The position numbers and the translations under genes are program-made. Below are positions 13,488-24,388 of a stretch of DNA of 63,626 nt, in pieces. Source of the stretch: Toensbergia leucococca (lineage: Eukaryota); contig JALDZS010000024.1 in the NCBI GenBank assembly GCA_022813965.1, forward strand, positions 124,001 through 187,626, written 5' to 3'. Position 1 is the first letter of the stretch. Every line of letters starts with the position of its first letter. The notes under the pieces are model-generated. The model did no database searches. It saw only the letters and a program-made list of their open reading frames with translations, and had not been told where the DNA came from.

Positions 13488-14831
13488 ATGGCCTCGCCAA
13501 CCACTGCAAATGCGTTGACTAAGCGTAACTCCTCCACCACCCTCATGCTTCCTCCCCCACCCCCAAAACGTATCAAACGGCCCCAGAAAGTCCTAGACGA
13601 AGACTCTTACACTGACGCCCTCTCCCACATCATCGCCCGTGACTTCTTTCCCGGCCTGATGGAAGTAGACTCAAAACAGGAATACCTCAACGCTCTTGAA
13701 TCCCAAGACCACGAATGGATCGCCGCCGCCGGAAGAAAACTAACAGAGATCATGAAACCTGGCCCCGATGGGAGAAGGCTACGCGGAAGAAGAGGCACTA
13801 GCATGACGCCTTCTTCAAGCTTCTACGGTAGAGGTGAAGCTACCCCCGAAGGCTGGCAAGGTTCCACCCCCATGACTGCCACCACCTCTTTATCCACCGA
13901 ACCCACGAGAACAGAAGACGCTGCCCCCGCAGACACGAACATGAGCCTCAGCGCCTTCCAATCAAAATACACCAGCGAAGACAACGAAAGCTTCTACACC
14001 CTCCTCGACAAGCAAAATCTTAAGAAAGCCGAGAAATACGCCTGGATGTGGTCTGGCAACAAAATCCCCGCACCCCGCCAACTCGCACACCGCAAACGAG
14101 AAGCTCTCCTCGTCGCAAAACCAGCAGTCCCCCTCTCAATCCAACCCCCCGACACCCGCCCTGCGGCTCCCGAATCCTGGCCGTCCAATCCCTCCAATTC
14201 CTTCATGTTCCCTCCAGCCTCCGCAGAAGAAACCGCGCAAACGGTGCACGAAAAAGCGTCCGAAACCTCCCGTGCACCACCCAAAGCCGTTATCTACGAC
14301 AACACCCGCCTTCCCCTCCAACCAGCCGCCACTAGCTCTCCACCCCCATCACCCTCCCCGTCCACAATCCAAGCCGCCCTGTCCGGCCGCCCCCGTCCCA
14401 CAGCATCCTCCCCAGGCTTCACAGGCCCCACCACCCCCCGCATAAACGGCTATGCTTTCATCGACTCCGCACCCTCCCCATCCCCCTCCGAACTCGGCCC
14501 CCCACCTCTAACCTGGGGAAGCATATCTAGCTCCTCCTCCCTGCTCGGCTCCGGCGACGCGACGCCCAATCCCTTCAGCATCAAAGCCCGCAGCGCCCGC
14601 GAAGCGCTGCATCATCGGATGGTAGATCGGGTTGCCAAGGGTAAGAGGGTCGGGAAGAAGGATGCGGAGCTGAAGACGCCGGTACCCCGATTTATGAGCA
14701 GTCCGAGGGTTGGGAGGGGGGGGTTGACGCCGGCGGCGCAGAGGCTGCTTGGGAAGGTGGGAAAGACGCCCGGATCGGGGCTGAGGCGGGGATTCACACC
14801 CAAGGGGCCTGGGGATGCGGGGCTGAGTTGA
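13488..14831 (+). CDS. ESS2: Nuclear splicing-associated protein ES2/DGCR14 (Bis1-like)
   Basis: VLDEDSYTDALSHIIARDFFPGL, SLSAFQSKYTSEDNESF, TPRINGYAF, LTPAAQRL. Confidence 0.9.
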   Translation: MASPTTANALTKRNSSTTLMLPPPPPKRIKRPQKVLDEDSYTDALSHIIARDFFPGLMEVDSKQEYLNALESQDHEWIAAAGRKLTEIMKPGPDGRRLRGRRGTSMTPSSSFYGRGEATPEGWQGSTPMTATTSLSTEPTRTEDAAPADTNMSLSAFQSKYTSEDNESFYTLLDKQNLKKAEKYAWMWSGNKIPAPRQLAHRKREALLVAKPAVPLSIQPPDTRPAAPESWPSNPSNSFMFPPASAEETAQTVHEKASETSRAPPKAVIYDNTRLPLQPAATSSPPPSPSPSTIQAALSGRPRPTASSPGFTGPTTPRINGYAFIDSAPSPSPSELGPPPLTWGSISSSSSLLGSGDATPNPFSIKARSAREALHHRMVDRVAKGKRVGKKDAELKTPVPRFMSSPRVGRGGLTPAAQRLLGKVGKTPGSGLRRGFTPKGPGDAGLS

Positions 14832-15420
14832 GGCGAATGGATGGGATTCGAGAAACTCCAATTCAGGGAACCTGCTTGGGTATGATCAGCTTCCATATAC
14901 CGGCACTCTCGATGGGGGCGAAGTGTGTTTGGAAGATGGGATGCGATGGGATTGGAGCTTGTAGCCTGAACCGTGCCAACTTATGGGCACGTGGCTTAAG
15001 CATGCCCGCCTTCCAAGGTGGTCCAGGTGTGTGTGCGGAGCATGATTGAGGGAGAGGATGGGATTGAATTGTTGAATTTTCAGTTCAGGGGTCATAGCTT
15101 CCGACGATGATGGAAGGTAGCTCCCACCACGCCCGTTTTCTTCAACACTGCACACTAAGGGCGGTTAGATGGTGTAGAGCGCTCATTCAAAAACCCACGA
15201 CATTCGTTGCCGCTTCATAAAAAGACGTTGCGTCGCAACTGTCCCCCGTCCCAAACGCCCCACAATACCATACATGCATTTGTTTCATTCCCCAACCAAA
15301 TCATGACAAATACCCGCCCAGCAAAACCCAAAAACCACCTCCAAGTGCCATGTTCAAAAGCCCCTCGAGCCTAAGTCACCGCGAGCCCCATCGCCGCCCC
15401 AATGACAGCTCCAACCCCAA

Positions 15421-17432
15421 CTAAATCAACGCCCCCGGCGCAAGTGCTATGAAAAGACTTAAAACACCCATCAACATCACTACCCAACCCACTGACACCT
15501 TTCTTGCAGCACCACTCATCAACCACGTCTCCCCAGGATAATTGCACGTCAGCTCCGGCCCCGGATGGCTGTCCCCGTAGCTATAATTTAGCCCCTTACC
15601 CTCGAGCGGGCACGCAAATCCCAGCGAGGCGGGACAGCTCCTCACAAGATCGTAGCAGATGTCTTTGCAAGGGAGGAGCTCCTTATACGGACCTGGATGG
15701 ATGACGGTATCGATTAGCGGGTTGCGCGACGTGTTCATGTAGAGATTTGATTTGTTCTGGTCACTGAAGCTAAGGTCGCCGGTGAGATCTGCTGTTGGGA
15801 TGGTGCCGTTCTGGAAGGGGTAGGCGATGGCGCGGGGTTGGAGGTGGTTATAGGGGGAGGAGAAGTCGGCACAGCGGGGGATGGTGACTGCGCAGAGCCA
15901 GAGCTTGTAGGCGTTGGCGCAGTCGGTGCAGGTTCTGGCGAGGGAGTATTGGGCTGTTGATGTGGTGTTACAGGCGATTTGCTGGAGGGAGTAGGAGAAG
16001 TTTGTGTAGAGGTTGGCGGCGTTGCTGTCGTAGGTTGTGGAGAGATTGGTAACGTTGGGGTTGGAGGGGACGGCGTAGGCGACCGAGTTGCAGAAGGGAA
16101 GGTTGTAGATTACTTGGCAATTGCCGTCTGGGTGCAGGATGTGAGTGACGTGAGGAGTAATTGGGTTGGGGGTGGGGACGAACCGGATTTGGTGGTGAAT
16201 GTGACATTCTTCCATACTTTGCCTCCTCCACCAATGATATCTCCACCTGCGGCTGTAGAGTTACCATCTAGGGCCATGTAAGCGTAGTAAGTGGAGCTGG
16301 CATTCAGATTCTTGACGTAGAATTGCTGTCTCGGTTGCCCTTCCGATGCGGTCATATCGACATCAACCCCAGATGTATTTTGGCTTAACAAGTTACCTTG
16401 AATCTGAGCGTGATTCTGAAGACCGCAGTAAGATTTTTGAAGGCCTTGAAGAGAAGGGTCGTTTTGGTTTTGCACAAATATGCTAAAAGGGGGAGGGTTG
16501 CTCATCCATTCTTGATAAACAGGGTCTGACGAGTTTGCGTCGGTGGTATCATTTGAAACAAGAAGCGCAGAGAAATTGTCACTGTCGAGGAAAAACAGAC
16601 TTTCAAAATCATCATATGCGGCATACGGACGATCAATAGATGCCGTAAGCTCGTAGTTGTACGTACCATCATAGCTGGAACTTGTAGGCGCCGCAACTCC
16701 AAACCATACATCGCTGCTGACATTAATCTGTAAGCCACCAAATCCTCCGTCCACTGCTATGGTTATCTGACTGGGATCATCTACACCGGGCCCAGGCTGC
16801 TGATTCCGAGAAGAGAGAGAAAGATATAGCTCTAATTGCGGCGCACCACTGTCTTGATCTGAGGCATGCATTTGAGGTTGATCACATGTATTGAAGCTGA
16901 TTGAGAGCAGACGGGATGGCGGAGAAAGGTCTTGCCTCTTTGCTAGATCAAGGGTGGCATTCTGACCTGATCCAGTCTCGAATATGAGAGTCTCTTCAAC
17001 GTCACGCTTTTCTGGATCGGATGGCAGTCCCGGCGTTGGTGCTGAGAAACTGCCCCATAGAGTACTGTTTGGAAAGGTCCAGTAGTGGACCTGACCTCCC
17101 GAGATATTGTCCTTGCCGGGGTCATTATTCCCCAAGGCCTGGGTGCTATCCGATGCTCTTCCAGTTACGCTGCGGTCTAGGCCCACAAAGTCTGGCTCAT
17201 ATCTATCTGCTTCCTGCTCATGATCCCACTCCAAGTCGTCGGCAAGGCCCGACTGGTCATGCAGATCTAATAATCGCGGATGGTTGTGATCGCTATGTGT
17301 TATCGAGTCGACATCGGCTGCATATGCGAAATGGGGATTCGAAAGGGTGAAGTACAGGACTACCAAGACAAGGGAGGCGGCGAGCGAAGCGGCGAATCGC
17401 GATTGAAGAGGTGTAAGCTTCGGGAAGTGCAT
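15421..17432 (-). CDS. MID1: Mid1 subunit of the Cch1-Mid1 Ca2+ channel; one intron (16183-16128)
   Basis: N-terminal hydrophobic segment, many N-glycosylation sequons, Cys-rich C-terminal domain (NCQVIYNLPFC..VAYAVP, C.DCANAYKLWLCAVTIPRC, YKELLPCKDICYDLVRSCP), hydrophobic tail. Confidence 0.93.
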
Positions 17433-17853
17433 GAATGGCGGCGTAAAAGTAGGCCCTGATACCTCCCCCAACCTTGGGCTTCTATGAGCGAGCCGCAGTG
17501 TTGGTGATTGCTATCAATGACACAAGAAGTAGAAGATCAGCATGCGCCTTTGGCCATGTCAACGAAGAAAGCGAGCGGTGGTTAGGGAATGCTAATTGTA
17601 CATAGCAGAAGTCGGCGAGAAGTGATTTAGAATATTCTACTCCATAAGTCCAATCGGCAAAAACTCTCGCCGACGCGGAACAATTTGAGGTCATCACCAT
17701 TGACCATCATCATCATCAACAACAATCATTAATAATCAACGCACATCCGAAGCTCTTCGGCAGTCTTCAATTCCACTCTGATGTGGGTGTGCTCGACAAT
17801 CATCTCTGCTATGGAGGTCTCATTAGTCTAATGATATCCTCTGAAATAACACA

Positions 17854-20639
17854 ATGGCAGGAAGGCGTCTCCTTGATGCCGCAGCCATTTTCAAAGCTTC
17901 AAAGGCCGTCGCTGCTAAGCATGTCAGACTTCGGACACATCAGCTAGAAGCCTACAACAAGACTTCTTCTCTGACCAAAGCACTGAAGAACCAGACTGAC
18001 AGATTTACCACAACAGCGAAAGCTGCATCAGTACTAGCAGACCGTTTTGTTGAGCCACGGCTTCAATCCTCTACTGCAGCTCAAAAATCGAATCTACCTA
18101 GGGAAAGTGTGCCCAGTAAAAACAGTGTTGCTGGAAATAGTGAGATCACTGGAGGAAAAGAAGGGCTTGAACAAGACCACTTTTATGAAAGATCAGTGGG
18201 AAACACTACTGCTGAACCGCTTCCCAATGCTCAATTAGATGTCGCCCAAGAGAAGACGAGAAGAGACCCTTTACCTGATGGCACAATACCTCCAGTAGGG
18301 GCCGACATCGATCTTCTAGAGCGTGATAAAGACGTCGTTTCGGAGACGCCGAGAACAGAATCTGCCAAAGAGCCAATTGCAGACGACCAGAGAATCGATA
18401 ACGATATACAACCCGTCTCATCTGGAAGAAGTAGCATTCCTAGAACTAGTGGGAAATCCATCGTACCACCAGCTGACCAGGCTCGCAAGCTACAACGTCA
18501 AGCAGAAAGCCAGATACCATCTCAGTCTGCCGAGCCTCCACCAGCCACAGCTCCCAGTCCTCAAGTCGCGGATCGATCTAATGCTGAAGGAACAAAATCA
18601 GGAGTAGACGATAAGGGAGACGTATTCTATACGCCTTCACGAACAATTAGTCCTGCATTTTCATCTCTACCGCGAGTCAAAGTCCCAAAAGTCACCGCGG
18701 ACACTCAATCTGGTGACAAAAATGTGCAAGACGGGGAAATCAACCAAGATGTATTTTACTCGTCTACACAACGAAAGGAAGAAGAACACATTCCTAGGAC
18801 GCAGGCTGTACCAGACCAAAAGCAGCCAACAGATGATATTTACTCGGAGATCTTTCACAGTCCAAGGGTTGCCGAGATGCTCGGAACGCAATCCAAACAG
18901 AACAAGACTACATATAAGTCGGGACTATATGTGGCACAAGAAAAGCCAGTGCAGCAGACAAAATTGTCGCAAGATAAAGATCAAGATAGCTTCAATGTAC
19001 GGACATCATCCCAGGAAGATCTCAATCCAGAGCAACCAAGCACCGCTTCGGCAAGTGAGACGTCGAAAGAAAGCATGAACGAGGACATCCAGGACTTGGC
19101 TGCAGACATTGCCAAAGATGCCCAAGCAATTCCGCCAGCACCTTCGGAAGTGAGTTTTCAACATCACTACTTGACTCGTTCCATATGCTGATAGACTGAC
19201 AGTCATCACGTAGGACACAGCAGCCATGAAATCGGAGTCGGTAAAGGACCACTATCAGATGCACGAGTCCAGAGTACCCTCGTCTCGTTTTGGAAGACTT
19301 TGGCAGTACGGCGGCCTAGCAACATCTATGGCTTTCGGCGCTGTTGGCGAAAGCTTTCGTCGAGCTACTGGGAGTGGCGACAATACTGGTGGATCATTGA
19401 TGCTCAGTGCGGGTAATATGGAAAGACTCGTGGCGAAACTCTCTAGAATGCGAGGGGCTGCGTTGAAGCTTGGTCAAATGATGAGTTTTCAGGGTTTGTG
19501 CCATTGAATTGACTTGTCGCCTTTCAAATTGGTTAATTTCTAGAGTAGATTCTAAGATGCTTCCTGCACCAATCAACGAAGTGTTGCAACGTGTGCAAGA
19601 CAGTGCAGACTACATGCCCGCATCGCAGCGTAATCAAGTGCTCGCAAGCAATCTCGGAAGCGACTGGCGTGACCTCTTTTCCTCCTTCGACGACCTGCCC
19701 ATGGCAGCCGCTTCAATCGGCCAAGTCCACGGCGCAGTCCTCCAATCCACCGGCCAACGCGTCGCCGTAAAAGTGCAATATCCTGGCGTCGCCAACTCAA
19801 TCGACTCAGACCTCAATAACCTTTCCATCCTCCTCACCGCCTCCCGCCTTCTCCCAAAAGGGCTTTATCTCGACAAAACCATCGCAAATGCCCGCACAGA
19901 ACTAGCATGGGAATGCGACTACATCCGCGAAGCCTCATGCGGCAAGCGTTTCCAGCGCCTCCTCAGTGACGAACAAGACATCTTCGTCGTCCCCTCCATC
20001 ATCGACTCCGCCTCCGGGTCACAAGTCCTAACTATGGAACGCATGGAAGGTGTCGGCGTTACCAAAACGCAGTCTTTCACCCAAGCCCAAAAGGACTGGA
20101 TAGGAACCCATATTCTCCGCCTCTGTCTGCGCGAAATCACCGATTTCAAATTCATGCAAACAGACCCCAACTGGACAAACTTTCTCTTCAACGCCACGAC
20201 CCACAAACTCGAACTCCTCGACTTTGGCGCCTCCCGCGACTACCCGGACAAATTCATCAACCCTTACATCCGTATCCTCCTCGCCGCCTCTCGCAACGAC
20301 CGCGACAGCTGCCGTGACCTCTCCATCCAACTCGGCTACCTCACAGGCCACGAATCCCAAGCTATGCTCAACGCGCACATTTCCTCCGTGCTCACGCTCG
20401 CAGAACCCTTTTGCGAGTCCTCGCCCGAGGTGTATGATTTTCGCGATCAGAGCATCACGGACAGGGTGAGGGGGTTTATTCCGGTGATGGTGAGGGAGAG
20501 ATTGGCGCCTCCGCCGGAGGAGACATATAGTTTGCATCGGAAGCTGAGTGGGGCTTTTCTGCTATGTGCGAGGTTGGGGAGTCGGGTCCGGTGTCGGGAA
20601 ATGTTTCGAGAGGCGATGGGCAGAGCGGGGGTGTTGTGA
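17854..20639 (+). CDS. COQ8: ABC1/COQ8 atypical kinase (ubiquinone biosynthesis) with long N-terminal extension; two introns
   Basis: [75 protein letters not shown]. Confidence 0.95.
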
Positions 20640-20979
20640 GTGGGGGGATTGCATTATTTTTGTCTTCTGTTCTTTTTATATTAGGCTGTATCGTATGAGG
20701 AGGACTAATTCCCCTCTTTTGTGCTACCATGTTCCTTGGTCCCTGTACTATTTATTTCTCTTACATCTTCCAATCTCCAACCACAAAAACCCCGTTTCCA
20801 TAAACATCCCCCAAACCCCCCATCTATCTATCTCCCAACACCCATTTCACCGAGTGTAGGACAATCAGTTCCTCCCCAATCTCGATCGAGTCTTTCACTC
20901 CTTCTCCATCCCCACTCTTAATCATCTTCACCGCACGCCTCCTATATCGACTGAATTCATACAATACCCCCAATCCACA

Positions 20980-21287
20980 TAGATACATACATACATACAT
21001 ACATGAGAAAAGTCTTCCGTGCCTATAATACGTGGAATTTGAGACAGTGAGGGTTTTTGAGTAAGCACCTGGAAAATTACTCTGCGGACCTGGTTTTCTT
21101 TTATTATTATTCTTCTTCTTCTTCTTCTTCTTCTTCTTCTTCTTCTTCCTTTTTTTTTCCAGGAGAGAGTGAGTGCTTTTGGTGAGGAGAGAAGAAGAAG
21201 AAGAAGAAGAAGAGAAGAGAAAATGTGTTTTTGGTAGACGGGACGGGTCGTGAGAGATTTGAGTTGGGGTGAATTATTATTTATTTT

Positions 21288-21326
<39 letters not shown>

Positions 21327-21960
21327 AGGTACACTACTTTTCTCCCTTTTCAAAAGGAGGGGAGTGTGAGGAGAGGGAAGCGGGGGAAATGAAAGGACAA
21401 CAAAAAAAAACGAAGGGCATAAACAGAAGTAAGGCGATACACTACCTTCATTAGAAGCATCCACCCTCCTTTTTTTTTAGAAAAAATTCCCTGGGGCGTT
21501 TTTGTGGGGGCGTGGTGAAACCTCCCTATGTATCTATATATCTATCTCTCTTCTTTCTTTCTTTCTCTTCTTTTTGGTCTTCTATTCTGTGAGATTAGTG
21601 TGGTTGTTTGAGAAAAGCGGGTTTTTTTTGTATGTGTGTGTGTGGGATTTGGGTTGATGAAAGGGTTTCTGGGTGTGAGGTGGGGTTGTTTTGGGGGGGA
21701 GGAGGTTGGTGGCGATTTTTGGCTGTTGTGGGCGCGGGGTTGGGGCTGGGTGGTTAGGTTGGTGGGTGAGGGTGTTTGGTGTTTGAGGCGGAAGTGTTTT
21801 TATTTTTTGGGGGGGGATGAGAGAGGATGCGCCGGGAGGGGCCAATGTCTTTTTTATGCTTGGTAATTTAGGTAGTTTTTAGTATGTATGTGGAAGGGCG
21901 AGGGTGGGGCCTGCGAAAAGTTCAAAGGTTTTTTTTGGAAAAGGGGGGGGGAAAGTGGGT
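20980..21960. repeat. Low-complexity tract: (TACA)n, (TTC)n, (AAG)n, a G run of about 33 nt and T/G homopolymers; probably partly low-quality consensus
   Basis: Simple repeats visible at about 20985, 21110-21148, 21191-21212 and 21293-21325; plus strand strongly C-poor from about 21590 to 21960. Confidence 0.8.
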
Positions 21961-22166
21961 GTGGGACATGGCTGTGAGAGATGCTGAGATAGAAGGGGGT
22001 TATTTTGAGTGGGGATACTATTGCTACATGATATCCAGAATCAGATAAGCACTATCAAGTCCCCCAGTCGCTCCTCTCACAACCAATTTCCTTGATCAAA
22101 CTCCCTCTGCATGACCTTCCCTAGAGCTAGAAGCTAGACAACCTGCATTTTCATCGCCCAAGAAGC

Positions 22167-22708
22167 TTAGGCGAATGGTGGACGCTCCCAGCAATAGCCC
22201 ACCGCTCCCGGCCGCTGCACGTAGCATGGACCGCAAGCAGTGCGCTGACACCACCAAGTCTGGCTGCAGGCGACTTTGGAGCATTTTGGCTCATATGCTC
22301 TCGGAAGGATTGATAGAGGCGGGTAGACGTGGCGTGATAGTACCTGGGAATCACGCTCCGTGAGGTTTTTGTGAATGGTGACGTTGCGGCCGCCGACGCC
22401 CGAGTAGTGCGGTTCATGATGGGTGTGGTTGTGAAAGGCTGTGAGGAGATGGTCGAGCTGGTGGGGACTTAGATGCAGGTGATTCAAGACGGTTTTGTTG
22501 CCGTCGAGGGATCGGAGGACGGCGTCGTTGCCGAGTTGGAGAGTTCCGTTGGGATGGATTTGCCATTTCGAGATGTCGATGTTGGTTTCATTCTGTTGAT
22601 GACAGAGCGAGTATTAGTCTGATGCTTGATAGGACGGAGAGAGTGCATTGCCTTTGAATGGCCGCAGATGGTTCCGATAAGCATACTAAGAATTACTAGA
22701 AACTTCAT
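22167..22708 (-). CDS. Small secreted precursor (about 160 aa): signal peptide, His-rich pro-region and C-terminal 6-Cys knottin-like peptide; predicted GC-AG intron 22651-22593
   Basis: MKFLVILSMLIGTICGHSK, then AAG|GCAATG...ACTAAT...CAACAG| (59 nt), continuing in frame NETNIDISKW... into ORF 22167-22487, which ends AYEPKCSKVACSQTWWCQRTACGPCYVQRPGAVGYCWERPPFA*. Confidence 0.7.
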
Positions 22709-23285
22709 TGAAACAAACATATGCGAATGCAGAAACTTCATGGTGTCACGAAGTTTCAGAAGATACTTGATGACAAGAATGTTGAGATGACATACAAGAG
22801 GTCTAAAAAGACCACTGTGAGGCAATTGAGAATGGATGAAGATGAAAGATGTCAAGCATCGTTGAGTCCTATAATATAGCCCCTCACTGGCTGTGAATAG
22901 AGTCTATCAATTTTGGGGTGAAGAGGGTCACTTCACTCTTCTGGACTCTGCCTGTGATATGTGTGCAGAGGTTGTGGGAATTATTAGATCCTTCGTAAGA
23001 ATGAGCGGTACATTTCGATACGAAGGGATATATTTGGTGACAGCAGATGTGGAAGGTTGTATCAAGAGATTTGTATTGATAGAATTTTGTATCAGCCGAT
23101 AGTTTGCTCCCAATGTGAAGCTACCCGTGCAAATGTATTGGGAAAATGGATTCATACAATCCAAAGAACCGATTTGGAGGAATAGTATTCATGGATCTGA
23201 AATGTCTGGTCCCCCATTCCTTGCATCCTGGTATTTCGTCGTAGAGAGTGGCCTGTTCCTGAAGCGTAAATAAAGCATCTCGATT

Positions 23286-24278
23286 TTAAGGAGACAACGG
23301 GCCGTATGCCGTGGTACACGCTCGCCGCTTCGCCGCATACCCAACCACAAGCGTTTCCAGCGTCAATACCACCGAGGATGCAAAATCAGCCCATTCGGTA
23401 TAGATCTCCTCGTCTGGCCTGTCGTGAATATTCGCACTCTGTCCATCATCATACGCTGCTTGTCGTAGGAACAAGCTCCGCAAAGTGGTACATTTGCCCT
23501 TAAGTTGCGGTAGTAAGGCCCGCATAGGCCGCGGTGGTGTCGCCTCAGCATTGTGATTCTCTTCCGTGCGTCTTCCTCTTCGGAGATTGTACCGGCGAAC
23601 CGCCTGCTGGCGGGTCCGGCACATTGGACGTCCATCCGGTTCGGGATCCCAATCTTGCACACTATCCAAAGCTAGATGCGTCAACTTAGAGGCATCCACA
23701 GAGTACAAGATTGAAGTTGCGAGACGATGCGACATGCAGCCGAGCAGACGGATTGAGGTAGCGTTTGGGAATAGAACAGAGGGAGTTTCGGCAGCATAGC
23801 GAACATAGGATTTGTGTAGGGAGCCAAGGTCTAGAGTCTTCACATTGCGTAGGGTTTGAAAGACAGGCCAAATTTTGGTCTCAACTTCCTCGAACAAGGC
23901 TATGAGTAGATTGTCTGAAGAAGGCTCTCCAATGTCGGGGGTAGGAATCAGGGTCCATTTAAAGACCTCGACATAGGTGGCATACTCAGGATGCTTTGAA
24001 AGGGAATTGAGACATGCGTGTTGGTGTCGAATGATCTTGAATGTAGAAGATTCAAGAGGACAATGGTCGGTCACTAGCTCGCGTGAATGAAAGAGGTGGC
24101 GACCGATGATGGGAGGCCGATTATGGATGCTGATATCAACGACTCGATAGAGGTGTGGAATGACTCTTTCGGAAAGAGACTTGCAAGTGAGAGACAAGGA
24201 GTGCAGGGCATGCTGTGAGCAGGACTTGAAAATCAATTGGCTAAGTTCAGCAGGTATGTCGGTCAAAGTGGGAGGCAT
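23286..24278 (-). CDS. F-box protein with LRR-like helical C-terminal region (3' end uncertain)
   Basis: N-terminal LTDIPAELSQLIF...LHSLSLTCKSLSERVIPHLYR is a typical fungal F-box; repeated LxxLxL patterns follow. Confidence 0.75.
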   Translation of the reverse strand: MPPTLTDIPAELSQLIFKSCSQHALHSLSLTCKSLSERVIPHLYRVVDISIHNRPPIIGRHLFHSRELVTDHCPLESSTFKIIRHQHACLNSLSKHPEYATYVEVFKWTLIPTPDIGEPSSDNLLIALFEEVETKIWPVFQTLRNVKTLDLGSLHKSYVRYAAETPSVLFPNATSIRLLGCMSHRLATSILYSVDASKLTHLALDSVQDWDPEPDGRPMCRTRQQAVRRYNLRRGRRTEENHNAEATPPRPMRALLPQLKGKCTTLRSLFLRQAAYDDGQSANIHDRPDEEIYTEWADFASSVVLTLETLVVGYAAKRRACTTAYGPLSP

Positions 24279-24388
24279 ATTGGATACACGCAAATACAAG
24301 CAAGCAGAGACACTTTTTTCTGATCGGGGAAGGTGATCAGATTTAGAGTAGAGTACGGAGTATGTTGGACTTTAATACGGAATAAATA

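Noticed and set aside
21293..21325. Long G run as a G-quadruplex element
   Set aside because: Cannot be distinguished from a sequencing or assembly artefact in this low-quality context; the same applies at the window end.
20928..21464. 178-aa ORF with poly-Pro, poly-Leu and poly-Arg, superficially like RPL41
   Set aside because: The runs are translations of the G homopolymer and TTC/AAG microsatellites.
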